Assembly: GCF_006345805.1 (NCBI RefSeq)
Contig: NC_042997.1
Span: 113,398,001-113,462,000 of the forward strand
Source: Octopus sinensis
Lineage: Eukaryota
Length of the DNA: 64,000 bases
Direction of reading: 5' to 3'
The notes beneath the pieces are model-generated. The model made no database searches. It saw only the letters and a list, made by a program, of their open reading frames with translations, and had not been told where the DNA came from. Positions 12,343 to 25,174 of this stretch are shown here, piece by piece (position 1 is the stretch's first letter; every line of letters starts with the position of its first letter). A program made the position numbers and the translations under genes.

Positions 12343-12950
12343 CTATGAGAAAACACAGAAAAAAAAAAATCAAAAGAACAGGAAAGAATATACAAAGAAA
12401 GTAGATGCAAAAAGTGGAATGAAAAGAAAGAAACGAAAAGTAAGAAAAAGAAACGAAAAGCAAGAAAACTAAGATCTTTGTCGTTCTTTGTCTGCAAAAA
12501 TTATAATTAATCTAGATGTAGAATGATATAAGAAAAAGGTGGTTAAAGTCTGTGAGATAACAACTCAATCTGGATTTCTTACTTTTCTTTTTGTTCATCT
12601 CATTCCACCTTTTGCATCAACCTTCTTTGTATTATTTTTTTCTTCTTCTTGTTTCTTATGTTCTCTCATAAACCAGTATTCTGGTTTTTAAATACATCTA
12701 TCATCATGAACCAGGCCTGAAAGATTGCTTGGAGATACACAGCATGTCGTATAAATCTGCCAATTTATTGTATCTCTAAAAATCATGAAACGATTAGTAG
12801 CTCTTTTGCAAATTGTATAAATACACACACACATATATGTATCATCATCATCATCATCATCGTTTAACGTCCGCTTTCCATGCTAGCATGGGTTGGACGG
12901 TTCAACTGGGGTCTGGCAAGCCCGAAGGCTGCACCAGGCCAGTCAGATAT

Positions 12951-12994
<44 letters not shown>

Positions 12995-13005
12995 GTAGAT
13001 AGATT

Positions 13006-13038
<33 letters not shown>

Positions 13039-13152
13039 AACTTACTTGGAAGAAAATGCGTGGCATTCTATATATATCATCATCATCATCATCATCATCA
13101 TTATATATATAATAAATCTCTGAATGAGGTATAAGTGGCAAATATACTTCAC

Positions 13153-13184
<32 letters not shown>

Positions 13185-13244
13185 ATAAATATATATATAT
13201 ATAAGGGTTTAAAAAAGTTGTTTGAGAGCTGCAATGTTGTAGGG

Positions 13245-13685
13245 GAGTGAGACATGGTGTCTGAGGGAGAGAGAGATGATAATTTTGAGAAGGACTGAGA
13301 GAGCAATGGTTAGAGAAATGTGTGGGGGTGAAACTGTATCATAAGAGGAGGACTGAGGATTTGATGGGAATGTTGGGGTTGGAGGAATTGGTGGAATGGT
13401 TGGCAAGGGCGAATGGAGTGAGTTGGTATGGGGATGTGTTGAGGAGGGATGAAAAGCATGTTCTGAGGAGGGTGATTGCATTTGAGGTAAATGGAGCATG
13501 AAAGCGAGGTAGACTGAGGAAAAGGTGTAGGAGGAGATTGGGAGGGTTGGCTTGAAAAAGGATGATATTCAAAACCAGGCGAGCTTGCGAGAGGGTGGTT
13601 GCTATGGCATAGAAGTAGATTCGCCCACCCCTGTTAACAGGGACAAAACCTGGATTTAAAATACTGGATGATGATGATGATGATA
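13245..13685 (+). mobile_element. RTE LINE ORF2 C-terminus and 3' end, decayed
   Basis: Translates to GSETW...RRTERAMVREMCGVKL...WYGDVLRRDEKHVLRR; ends in (GAT)n. Confidence 0.8.
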
Positions 13686-13689
13686 GCTT

Positions 13690-13935
13690 AGATATGTTTC
13701 ATCCAAAGATTGGTCCAGGCCATGTCTAACTTAATAGCATCACCCAACAGGATCTGTTAAGTAATTTTTAAGACAGGTATCCTAGCCAATTCAAGTAGGG
13801 TGTTGTTGTCCACTGAGATGTATCCAGGTAGAGATGGCTTATCTGGTCTCATTTGAAGAAATGTGTCCAGGTTTCATTTGAAGGTGAGGGGATCTTTTTC
13901 TTTGAATTGTTTTGGGATAATGTTAAACAGAGCAG
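13690..13935 (-). mobile_element. APE-type LINE (CR1/L2/I-like) C-terminal remnant
   Basis: Minus strand ALFNIIPKQFKEKDPLTFK*NLDTFLQMRPDKPSLPGY...NNTLL matches the LFN..FK..LD.FL..PD.P...Y...NSL tail pattern. Confidence 0.6.
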
Positions 13936-14002
13936 AGTCTGTAGAAGAAAAGAAATAGTGTAGGGGAACATATGGCATTTGGCCTCAGATATATATATAT
14001 AT

Positions 14003-14219
14003 ATTTACTCTTTTACTTGTTTCAGTCATTTAACTGTGGCCATGCTGGAGCACCACCTTTAGTCGAATTAATCGCCCCCCAGGACTTATTCTTTGTAAGC
14101 CTATTACTTATTCTATCGGTCACTTTTGCCGAACCACTAAGTTACAGGGACGTAAACACATCAGCATTGGTTGTCAAGCGATGTTGGGGAGACACACACA
14201 GACACACAGTCATAAACAC

Positions 14220-14222
<3 letters not shown>
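14003..14222 (-). mobile_element. S1 SINE 3' half
   Basis: Reverse complement of the S1 tail. Confidence 0.8.
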
Positions 14223-14258
<36 letters not shown>

Positions 14259-14640
14259 CATCAAAACTTTTGGGAACAATAATGGTTTATTGGGTTAGAA
14301 GGTTGTGGATTTTTTTCCGCATTGAAGGACAAGCTGAAAAAAATTATTTTATATTTCACAGTTGGCAACCAGGATTTCCAGGTATGCGAATAGAAATCTA
14401 AGAGCTAAGGAATGGAGTAGATAAGATCTGGGCTACATATGTTTTATAGCAAGTGGAACCTCGGAAGTGGTAAATATCCAAGTGAGGTGTATACTGCAGG
14501 CTACTCATCAGGCCAAGTGTATCTTGATTCTATAAAGTTTAACTTGTCTTATGTATATATATATATATATATATATGTATATGTATATATTTGTATGTAT
14601 GTGTATATATATTTGTATGTATGTATTATATATATATATA

Positions 14641-14697
<57 letters not shown>

Positions 14698-14708
14698 ATA
14701 TATATATG

Positions 14709-14754
<46 letters not shown>

Positions 14755-14799
14755 TATGCATGTATTTTTTAATAACTAGAAATGCTTCTAGATCTGTTC

Positions 14800-15150
14800 C
14801 CATGATAAAATCAATAAGTTAAAGATGAAGAATGCAAAAAGAGAGGATTTCATGAAACTAAGAATTAATTTCAGAAGATTAATTTATTTGCACAGGAGGA
14901 AGTCTGACCTTTGTTGGCAAGCTTGGATCCGTTAAGAGAAGAATTAACTCTCAAAATTGGTGCTTATATCTTTCAAATTATTCTTAACTTCTTGAAATAT
15001 TTCCACAGGCAATATTTTACCATAACCACTGAGATTATTATGAAGGATTCGAAATTTGGTAAAGTCTTCACTTTCAATATGGCAACCCCAAATTGATAAT
15101 TTCTTTACAAATTATCTCAGACTGATAATAACATGTCTGTTTGAGATATA
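14800..15150 (-). pseudogene. hAT (Buster/SPIN-like) transposase remnant
   Basis: Minus strand (F)VKKLSIWGCHIESEDFTKFRIL...EVKNNLKDISTNFES*F fits F..KL.LW...I....F..FP.L and L..L...F..YF; stops and frameshifts. Confidence 0.5.
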
Positions 15151-15489
15151 CAGCACATTTCTTTACCTAAGAAGACCTATCCTCTTCAATAGATTTGATA
15201 CTCTTAAACCATAGTGCCATGTAAAAAGCACTGGTGATGGTGTCATTTAAATAGCATTTGGTACACTTTCTAAAGTGAATGGCATTAGGAAGGGCATCCA
15301 GCTGTAGGATCCAAGCCAAAACAGACTGTAGAACCTGGTGTGGCTCCTGGCCTTGCCAGCTGCTGTCTACTATCCAACCCATGGAAAATGGACATTAAAT
15401 GATGACGATGATAAGGATTCTCTCTATATTTTAAAAGTCCCTCCATTACTTCTTTAAAATTAGAAAGTGACTCTTTCTCATTTCTTTAT

Positions 15490-15712
15490 TGTCCACAAGG
15501 GGCTAAACATAGAGGGGACAAACAAGGACAGACAAGGGGATTAAGTCAATTACATCGACCCAGTGCGTAACTGGTACTTAATTTATCGACCCTGAAAGGA
15601 TGAAAGGCAAAGTTGACCTCAGCAGAATTTGAACTCAGAACGTAAAGACAGACGAAAAACTGCTAAGCATTTCGCCTGGCATGCTAACATTTCTGCCAGC
15701 TCGCCACCTTAT
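15490..15712 (-). mobile_element. SINE family S2
   Basis: Reverse complement of ttctgagttcaaattctgctgaggtcaactttgcctttcatcctttcagggtcgataaattaagtaccag; about 15 copies or fragments in the window. Confidence 0.85.
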
Positions 15713-15719
15713 TTGTACA

Positions 15720-15855
15720 GCGGGGTTCACCACTCTCCACCCCCGCTGGAGCCTCGTTAAGCTTAGGTGTTTTTGCTCAATAAATACTCACAATGCACAG
15801 TCTGGGAATCGAAACTGCGTTCTTACGACTGCGAGTCTGCTCCCCTAACCACTCT
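15720..15855 (-). mobile_element. tRNA-derived SINE family S3, 5' part
   Basis: Minus strand gtggttaggggagcagactcgcagtcgtaagaacgcagtttcgattccc tRNA-like head. Confidence 0.75.
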
Positions 15856-16373
15856 TCATTGTACAGGCTTCCTTTTAAGAAGTGAAGCAAAGCCATATGA
15901 GGAAAGGGCTCTGTTCTGAATATAACAAAATATTTTCCAACTTGGAAGCATCAGTCAAGAAACCAGCAGGACTTCAGAGCTTGCTTTCAAGATATTCTCA
16001 CGGATCAGATGGCTTCACATTGCCATTGCCCTTAATTTAATCATAAATTGTGTATTCATGTCCTCTCAACTCCATTTTCTTCTGTTACACAATTAAAACA
16101 AACCCAGCATATTCATTGAACCACTTCCATGTTTATTTTTTTTTTTTTTATTTATATTTATTTGTTTATTCAATTATTTTGACAAGTGACATTTTTCAAA
16201 AATTCTTTGACAGAATAAAAAATTTAAAAAATAACCCTAACAAATGTCAAATAAACATTTTGTTATGAACTGAAAATATTTGAACAACCAATATCATTCA
16301 TATTGATCTTACTGTATCAATATTGATACAAAGGATATAACGATTGAATATAAATGATTCGATATGATTAAAA

Positions 16374-16528
16374 GGAGTGGCTGTGTGGTAAGTAGCTAAC
16401 TCACCAACCACATGGTTCTAGGTTCAGTCCCACTGCATGGCACCTTGGGCAAGTGTCTTCTACTATAGCCTTGGGCCGACCAAAGCCTTGTAAGTGGATT
16501 TGGTAGACAGAAACTAAAAGAAGCCTGT

Positions 16529-16563
<35 letters not shown>

Positions 16564-16889
16564 CCGGCAACTGCCTCCCAACCACTAATATTGATATTGC
16601 AGGCCTTCATGGAGAATGGCGACGTACCGTAAAAGAGGGAATACAAAGGAGTGACAGAGAGAGAGAGGAGAAATGGAAAGAAAGGAAGAGACGTCAACAA
16701 GAGACTATGGCACTACAACCAGCCAGGAACAGTCTTCGCTACATTTGCGGTACCTGCCAGAGGGAGTGTTTGTCCAGGATAGGACTACACAGCCACAGCA
16801 GGAAATGTATCAGGACATGAAATATAAAAGCCGGACTACACTACTTTGTGCGCAACTCCATTGTCTCCCGAGACAGAAAGGATGCCAAT

Positions 16890-16922
<33 letters not shown>

Positions 16923-17155
16923 ACGGGCTATATACTATGTATATGTTTGTGTGTCTGTGTTTGTCCCACCCACCCATCACTGTTATTGCTTGATAACCAA
17001 TGTCTGTGTGTCTATGTCCCTGAAACTTAGTGGTTTGCCAAAAGAGAATGATAGAATAAATACTGGACTTACAAAGAATAAGTCCTAGGGGCGATTTGTT
17101 CGACTAAAGGCAGTGCTCCAGCATGGCCGCAGTCACATGACTGGAGCAAATATAA
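16374..17155 (+). mobile_element. S1 SINE split at its internal (TA)n by an RTE insertion
   Basis: 5' half 16374-16530, 3' half ~16940-17155. Confidence 0.8.
16561..16893 (+). mobile_element. RTE LINE 3' end with C-terminal zinc finger
   Basis: WRRTVKEGIQRSDRE...ICGTCQRECLSRIGLHSHSRKC; flanked by (TA)n on both sides. Confidence 0.85.
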
Positions 17156-17234
17156 AAAAAGGAAGGAAATGATTAAATATAAATGATTGATCTGGAAGAC
17201 ACTACCATTGTCTTCTACTTGTGTGAGTCACTAG

Positions 17235-17575
17235 ACTGTGGCCATGCTGGAGCACTGCTTTGTAGAATTTTTAGTTGAATGAATCAACCCTGGTGCTTAT
17301 TTTATTATTTTTCAGCCTGGTACTTATTCTATCGATCTGTTTTGTCGAACCACTAAGTTATGGGGATGTAAACGCATCAACATCAGTTATCAAACTGTGG
17401 TGGGAGACAAACACACACACACACATGATGTACTTCTTTCAGCTTCTGTCTACCAAATCCACTCACAAGGCTTTGTCAGTCAGTGGCTGTAATAGAAGAT
17501 GCTTGCCCAAGGTGCCATGCAGTGGGACTGAACCTGGAGTCATATGATTGAGAAGCAAGCTTCTTACTGCACTGT
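17235..17575 (-). mobile_element. S1 SINE, diverged
   Basis: Both S1 halves in reverse orientation. Confidence 0.8.
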
Positions 17576-18276
17576 CACACGTGTTAAGACTGAAAATACA
17601 CAAAAATTATTTAGCGTCTAACCCCAACTACACCAGCATTTTAACTGGCAGCACCCTGGGTAGCAACATTGCCACACTTTCAGATAGCAATTATTGTAAA
17701 AATTCTCCAAATTATTATTTGCTCAACAGAATTACTATACACCATTATAGAAACATGAAACCATTAAAGTAGAGACCCATTCCCTAGCTTTTGATCCTCA
17801 TACCCACAAGTGGTACGGCTGCCACCCACAGTTAAGATCAGCTAGTCTAATTCCTCAGAAATTCTTCACTGCAGGCCATCGTAATTCAGTTTTGGATGTG
17901 TACATTCTATAAATTTCATTTCACTTCGTTATCAAAGACGCAGATGTAATCGTTGAACTTCAAATGTAGCCGTTTGTTGAATGAAAGAGAAAAAGAAAGA
18001 AAGAAAGAAAGTAAAAAATGGTTATCTTTTGACCTTTTACCCTTGAATTTGTTACTCTGATGAAGCTGTTATGAAATATGTTTGTGCATATTTATTAACG
18101 TGTGTGTGCATATGTTTGATAATTTCCAGTTCATTCTATCAAAACGTACACAAGTTTCCTGTTTGCCATTGATAAGAAGACACCAAAAGTAGAGAACGGC
18201 GATAAAAGTACAAGTTTTGCCGGAGCTCATTATCTTAATGAGAAAGATATTACTGTTGTTTTTTTTTACTTCCAAG

Positions 18277-18312
18277 CACATCGTGAATATAAAACTACTG
18301 AGATAAACTCAG
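18277..18312 (+). CDS. Putative 36-nt symmetric exon (xHREYKTTEINSx); frame stays open back to a second acceptor at 18129
   Basis: gttgtttttttttacttccaag acceptor, CAG|GTAAGC donor, only the phase-1 frame is open. Confidence 0.35.
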
Positions 18313-18569
18313 GTAAGCAGTCTAGATTATATATGGCGAAATGTAACTAAAGCCAGCTGAAAAGAAAAAAAAATCTTTGCTTTTTGCATTGAAAGGAAGA
18401 AAATCAATGAGTCTTTTCTTTGGATTTGTTTTTTTGGTAACAGCTGGCTTATGATGATGATGATGATGATGACGATGACGATGATCATCATCATCGTCAT
18501 CATCATCATTTTAATGCTTGCTTTACCATGCTTGTAATGCATTGGATGGAATTTGTCAAGGCAGATTTT

Positions 18570-18830
18570 CCAAGCATGTGGTCTTGGGTTCAGTTACATT
18601 GTGTGGCACCTTGGGTATGTGCGTTCTATAGCTCTGAGCAAGCAAAGCCTTGTCAGGGGATATGGCAGATGGAAACTGAAAGAAGCCTGGTTTGTGTGAG
18701 TGTGTTAGTGTACCCGTCTTGACATTGCATGATAATCGTAAACAAATATCACTGTCATACAAGCAGTATTCATCACTTCCCAGTCTTCCTTGCAAAATGT
18801 GACTGGCCATGGAGACATCTTACCTTACTG
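18570..18830 (+). mobile_element. S1-head SINE variant with alternative body (S1b)
   Basis: S1-like head followed by the cttgacattgcatgataatcgtaaac...ttaccttac body also at ~10510-10790, 58570-58780 and 60650-60985. Confidence 0.65.
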
Positions 18831-18897
18831 GGAGCCTTGTTAAAGGCACCAGAATTTAGTATGGTATTATCCATATAATTCAAAATGGGGTGATTAC

Positions 18898-19043
18898 AAT
18901 CAAAATAAGCAACAAGGATATCCAGAGGTAATGCAGTCCGATCGTTTCATGCGACTCCATTTAATTGATTGTTCAGTTAAATGGAGTTGTATGAAACGAT
19001 TGTACTGCATTATTTCTGGATATCCTTGTTGCTTATTTTGATT
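18898..19043. repeat. Foldback hairpin, ~65-bp arms
   Basis: aatcaaaataagcaacaaggatatccag... pairs with ...ctggatatccttgttgcttattttgatt. Confidence 0.9.
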
Positions 19044-19070
19044 ATATATATATATATATATATATATATA

Positions 19071-19655
19071 CCATCATCATCGTTTAGCGTCTGCTTTCCA
19101 TGCTAGCATGGGTTGGACAGTTCAACTAGGGTCTGGGAAGCCAGAAGGCTGCACCCGGCCCAGTCTGATCTGGCAGTGTTTCTACGGCTGGATGCCCTTC
19201 CTAACGCCAACCAATCCATGAGTGTAGTGGGTGTTTTTTATGTGCCACCGGCACAGGTGCCAGACAAGGCTGGCAAACGGCCACGATCAGATGGTGCTTT
19301 TTACATGCCACCGGCATGGGGGCCAGGCGAGGCTTGCAATGGCCACGATCAGATGGTGCTTTTTACGTACCACCGGCACGGAGGCCAGTTGGGGTGGCGC
19401 TGGCAACGGCCATGTTCAGATGGTTCTCTTACGTACCACCGGCACTGGTATCACAGCTACAATTTCCATTGATGTTGATCGATTTTGATTTTGATTTTGA
19501 TTTTCACTTGCCTCAACAGGTCTTCACAAGTAGTTTTGTGTCCCAAGAAGGAAAAGTATGTATAAGTGGACTAGCACATCCCAGGTAGACGCCACGAGTT
19601 ATGGTCTCATTTGTCCTGCCGGGTCTTCTCACGCACAGCATACTTCCAAAGGTCT
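19071..19655 (-). mobile_element. RTE LINE 3' end including ORF stop and full 3' UTR
   Basis: Minus strand DLWKYAVREKTRQDK* followed by tandem units and the (GAT)n tail. Confidence 0.85.
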
Positions 19656-19679
19656 CTCTCTCTCTCTATATATATATAT

Positions 19680-20432
19680 GTAAGCAGCCATGCTACATGG
19701 CAGTGAAACATGGGCTGTGATTGCTGAGGCCATGCATAAACTTCAAAGAAATGAAGCCAGTATGCTTCGTTGGATGTGCAATATCAGTGTGCATGCATGA
19801 CAGAGTGTAAGCATCTTGAGGGAAAAGTTGGGCATAAGATGTGATGCATATAGATGTGGACAGTTGTGTGATTAAGTGCTGATCTCTACCAGTGGAAGGA
19901 AACTGTGGAAGAGGGAGACCCAGGAAGACATAGGATGAGGAGGTGAAGCATGATCTTCAAAAGTTGGGTATCACAGTGGCAATGACAAATGACCAGTACC
20001 TTTGGCATTATGCCGGGCTTGAGAAGACCTGTCAAAACAAGTGAAATTATAACTGTGGTCATTGTCAGTGTCACGGAATTGGCACCTGCGCTGGTGGAAT
20101 GTAAAAAACACCTTTCGAGTGCTGGGCCTCATGAAGGCAATGACAAATGACCGAGACCTTTGACAATAAGCTGTGCTTTAGAAGGAAGATCCATCAAACC
20201 GAGTGACATCATAGTTGTGACAGATACTGGTGTCATGGAACTGGCACTCATGCTGGTGGCACATAAAAAGCACCCATTACACTGTTGGAATGGTTGGTGT
20301 TAAGAAGGGCATCTAGCCATAGAAACCATGCCAAATTACACTGGAATCTGGTGCAGCCCCTCGGCTTACCAGCCCTGGTCAAACTGTCCAACCCTTGCCA
20401 GCATGGACAACGGATGTTAAATGATGATGATG
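19680..20432 (+). mobile_element. RTE LINE ORF2 C-terminus and 3' UTR, decayed
   Basis: AMLHGSETWAV...EASMLRWMCNIS...GRGRPRKT*DEEVKHDL; tail ends aaatgatgatgatg. Confidence 0.85.
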
Positions 20433-21331
20433 AGATGTGTGTGTACTCATGCCATGCTGGTTGCCCAAGGGAGTTTATACATCCATATCGGTTAGCGGTT
20501 ATTTTCAATACTTTTCTTGCTGGATTAAGTGTTCGTTTCTCTTTCTGTCTTCTGCAATTTTATTTTTGGATCTTCTCTATATGTAAAGAATTTCCCTCTG
20601 TCTGCCTTGTTTTTCTCTCTGCAAAACGAGGATTTGCATTATGGAACTGTTATTTTAACGACATTTTTTATTTATTTATCACCCAACGAGATACATCCGC
20701 ACTGCTGGATGCTCCTGTTTTTGTGTGTTCCACAAGAGGAGTCGATGCTGAATGTATCGAAACAATTGTTGTGATTAATAATATATTCTCGTATATTCCA
20801 TCTTCTGTCTTTCATTTGTTATATATATATACATACACGTCCGGCATAAAAATAGGCATGCTGTTCTGGCCAAATATCTGAAGCGTTATCAATATTGTCA
20901 AGTGCAATAACCAGTGTGAAACCAACAGAAACATTATGATCTTCTGTCTGCCAAAACCTGTAAAATATTGATCAACAGTATATTAAAATATAACCACACT
21001 ATTTCCCATATTGTGGTTTTTCTGACTTATAAGTAACTAGTAATAATTCTTTCTAATTTTGGTGCAAAGCCAGCAGCTATCCAGGAAAGTAGCAAATTGA
21101 TTACATCAACCTCAGTACTTGACTGGTATTTTATTTTATTGACCCTAAAATGGATGGAAGGCAAGACTGACACCAGCAAGATTTGAACTCAGAGTATAAA
21201 GAGCCAGAAGAAATACCACTAAACCATTTTGTCTGAAATGCTCATGATTCTGCAAGCCCACTGCTTTTTCACCTAACTACCCAACTAACTAACCAACTAG
21301 CTCAGTCACTTACTAACTAATAACAATGATA

Positions 21332-21382
<51 letters not shown>

Positions 21383-21420
21383 TAATAATAATGATGATGA
21401 TGATAGTAGTAGTAGTAGTA

Positions 21421-21892
21421 AGGCATCATCGAAAATGATAATGCAAAGATCCTGTGGGATTTTATGATTCAGTGCAATCATGAGATAGAGAATAGTAAAC
21501 CAGACATGTTGCTCATTGAGAAAGAAAGCAAATGATGCTGGATCATAGATATAGCATGCCCAGCTGACAACAAGGTATGTGACAAGGAAGAAAGAAAAGT
21601 CGGATATGACAGGTTAGCTGGGGAGGTTAAGCAGTTGTGGTCAATGAAAAAGGTGGTAGTAGTACCAATAATTGTTGGAGCCCTAGGAACAGTGAGTAAA
21701 AATCTTGAGAAGTACATGGAACAAATAGGGGCTGCAATAAAGTTGGAGTACTTGCAGAAAACAGCACGGCTTGGAACTGCTCAAGTACTCCAGATGGCGC
21801 TCGAAAAATAAGGGGTGTTACCTTAGTTCACTGGTAGTGAACAGCTGACACCATAGTACATCTCCAGCATTAGAAGTTGTGCAAAGACAATA
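21421..21892 (+). mobile_element. R4/Dong-like RLE LINE 3' fragment (subfamily A) in (TAA)n
   Basis: KILWDFMIQCNHEIENSKPDMLL...IDIACPAD...VPIIVGALG; TAA-type tracts on both sides. Confidence 0.85.
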
Positions 21893-21934
21893 AATCATAA
21901 TAATAATAATGGTGGTCAATGAAGAGAGGAGAGG

Positions 21935-22200
21935 AAACACAAAGTCTTTTCGGATCCTTCCATCTGGCACGCGATGAACATGACTGAGCCAACACAAGTG
22001 ACACTCTGGGAGCAAGTTGTGTATGCTGAGTATCTTGGCTCGATTGAGGACTTCAGTGTTGGTGATGTGGTTGGTCCACTTGATGTGCAAAATGCGTCTT
22101 AAATTATAAAAATGAAAGACATTGAGACACCGCTCCTGTCTAGAGCAGAGGCTCCACGTCCCACTGCCATTAAAGTAGCGTACTTAGAATGCACACCTTT
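21935..22200 (-). mobile_element. RTE (BovB-like) ORF2 fragment
   Basis: RRILHIKWTNHITNTEVLNRAKILSI...WLSHVHRVPDGRIRK. Confidence 0.75.
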
Positions 22201-22242
22201 ATGACAACAATTTTGATCTTTGCAGCCAGTTTTTTATATGTA

Positions 22243-22365
22243 TATACAAGGTGTTCAAAAAGTCTCTCCGCAGTGAATTTTTTCCTCCAAGATGTATTTC
22301 AAAACATGTGTAGAAGAGTCAACTTATGTATTGAAAATGAAGGACAACACTTTCAACACCTCTTA
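22243..22365 (+). mobile_element. Internally deleted Tc1/mariner-type remnant
   Basis: tacaaggtgttcaaaaagtc TIR-like start followed by the C-terminal motif CRRVNLCIENEGQHFQHLL*. Confidence 0.55.
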
Positions 22366-22414
22366 TAAAGTTTTGTAAAGTCTAATATATTCTTTTGTAG
22401 TCTTATACCTATTT

Positions 22415-22642
22415 CTTTACTACCCACAAGGGGCTAAACACAGAGGGGACAAACAAGGACAGACAAACGGATTAAGTCGATTATATCAACCCCAGTGCAT
22501 AACTGGTACTTAATTTATCGACCCCGAAAGGATGAAAGGCAAAGTCGACCTCAGCGGAATTTGAACTCAGAACATAACGCCAGACAAAATATGGCTACAC
22601 ATTTTGCCTGGTGTGCTAACGATTCTGCCAGTTTGCCGCCTC
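22415..22642 (-). mobile_element. S2 SINE, near full length
   Basis: Reverse complement of the copy at 43083-43320. Confidence 0.85.
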
Positions 22643-23097
22643 TGATAAATATTTCTTTTGCAATAAAATACTTACTGCAGAGAGACTTTTTGAACAACCT
22701 TATATATAATCAAGAAGAACGGAAAATTAAACATCTTCAAAATTTATTTTAATAACATATTTTATTCTCTGTTCTTCTTTATGATGTCTTGATTTATATC
22801 CTCCATATGTTTCACGCAATCCAAAGAAATGAACTCAGGTCTTACTTATTGAGTGTAGTACAATCTTAAATGATTCTGTCTGTTTCTTTGCATTCAATGT
22901 GGTTAGCCATATCTGGATTATTTCAGACTGCTTATAAAGTACCTGCCCAGATTCCAAATCTCAATTCCTTTGTGTTATTTATATATATATACACAGGCAC
23001 ATATACATATACACATATATGTATATACATACTCATATGCACACAAACACACATGCATATACACATATGCACATATATATGTATACAAACAAAAATG

Positions 23098-23128
<31 letters not shown>

Positions 23129-23904
23129 GGTATTTTCAAATACTTTGATTGAAGCTTTGTATTTCAGCTGATGAACACAAAAGCTGAAGACAAGAAACGA
23201 GATTTTGGTGCAAAACATGAAATGAGAAGCAACTGACATCACTTCAATATGGCAGTGATGAGGATGAGTGTGAGGAGAGTGTAGAGAGAGAGAGAGAGGA
23301 AGAAGAGGAGAGACAGGGTGAGGAGAAGAAGATAAAGACGATGGAAGAACAACAACAGAAGATTTAGAGCAGAGTAAAGAGGAGGAAGGGAGAGGAGATG
23401 GAGGAGGAAGAGGAGGTGGAGAAAGAAGGTGGCTGGCGATGAGGAAGATGGGCAGTATTTTCAGTGCAGCACAGCTACTGCATCGTCTATTGATCGTCAA
23501 GAATGGCACTTAGAGAACTCTTGTTCATTTGCTTATGGTGTGGAAATATTTCATTTCAGATGGCATCATCATCATCATCGTTGTCATCATCACCATCATC
23601 ATTATCATCATCATCATTATCATCATCATCATTATCATCATCATCATTATCATCATCATCATTATCATCATCATCCTTTAATGTTCGTTTTCCATGCTGG
23701 CATGGGTCAGACGGTCTGACAGGAACTGGTCAGCTGGAGAGCTGCCCAGGCTCCGATTGTCAGTTTTGGCATGGTTTCTCTAGCTGGATGCCCTTCTTGA
23801 TGCCAACCATTTTACAGAGTGAACTGGGTGTTTCTATACACCACCAGTGTGGGTGCATTTACGTTGCACTGGCATGGATGCATTTTACATGGCAAAAGTG
23901 GAAT

Positions 23905-24066
23905 ATAAAGGAAATTAGAATAGAGTGCCCAGTAGAACTGTTACAAAAGGTTTGCCTCCATGGCATAACCAGAATAACCAGGAGAGTATTAGATAGTTGA
24001 AAAGAACAGATAGCAAGCCCACTATACATGCAAGACTCCAGGAGCTCCAGCAAAACATGAGTTAAA
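23905..24066 (+). mobile_element. R4/Dong-like 3' fragment (subfamily C)
   Basis: EIRIECPVELLQKVCLHGITRITRRVLDS* then short UTR and (TAA)n. Confidence 0.7.
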
Positions 24067-24109
<43 letters not shown>

Positions 24110-24110
<1 letters not shown>

Positions 24111-24650
24111 GGAATATATTTGCAGACATGATAGAGTTGGGACCTATTATACACTGAAAGCTGTACCAACACTATGGAATAACAACAGAAAAAGGATGGT
24201 ATAGACACACACCAGTAAAGGTCACAAAAAATGAGAAAGCAACCATACTCTGGGATATGCCAATACACACAGATAGAGAAATTAAGGCCACTAGGCTGGA
24301 TATAGTTGTCAAAGATCATCAAGAAGAAAAACTGTTTTCTAACTGATATATCAATATCAACAGACCTGGAAACAGAGATAACTTGAATGTGGAGCCTAAA
24401 AACAGAAACAATTCCTATCATAGTCGGTGCTTTAGGTATGATAAAAAAAACATTCAAATATATAACCCAAACACCAGGATTTACAAGTATATATAACATA
24501 TAGAAAATAGCACTACCAGGCACTGCACACATAAAACACTTTCAATACAGTAAAAATAAGAACATCACAACAAACCATAACACATATCCACGGCACAGAG
24601 CTGTGCTCAGTAGTGCAGTGAAAGCATGTGATAAAATCAAGACTACTGAA
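24110..24650 (+). mobile_element. R4/Dong-like 3' fragment (subfamily B), decayed
   Basis: EYICRHDRVG...ATILWDMPIHTDREIKA; same 3' UTR as 41041-41560; bounded by (TAA)n. Confidence 0.85.
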
Positions 24651-24888
24651 TAATAATATTAATAATAATAGTAATCCTTTCTGCTATAAGCACAAAGCCT
24701 GGAATTTAAAGGGAGGGGGATAGTCAATTACATTGACCTCCAGTACTCAACTGGTACTTATTTTATCGATCCTAAAAGAATGAAAGGCAAAGTCGACTCT
24801 AGCAGCATTTGGACTCAAAACGTGGAGACAGATAAAAGACCACTAAGCATTTTGTCCAACGTGCCAAAGATTCTGCCAGCTTGCTGCC

Positions 24889-24947
<59 letters not shown>

Positions 24948-25174
24948 CTTTTCTGCAGAAGGCCTGAAATTTAAGGGAGGGAGCAGGTTAATTACATTGA
25001 TCCCAGAGACCAACTGGTCCTTATTTCATTGACCCCAAAAGGATAATAGGTTAAATTTGACTTCAGCAGAATTTGACCCCAGAATACAAAGATGGATGAG
25101 ATGCTGCTAAGAATTTTATCCTGTGTGGTAACAATTCTGCGAGCTTTCCACTTTAATGATGATGATAATAATAA

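Noticed and set aside
14439-14779. YIYI/ICVC-type ORFs (also near 5.9, 23, 39, 51-52 and 54 kb)
   Set aside because: (TA)n, (TG)n and (TAGA)n artefacts
20730-20776. Possible hammerhead (stem gat/atc, GAAA, palindrome ACAATTGT)
   Set aside because: No CTGANGA-like core in register; too degenerate to call
23165-23205. CTGATGA...GAAA spacing suggestive of a hammerhead (also at ~18056 and ~53783)
   Set aside because: No pairable stem II or stem I
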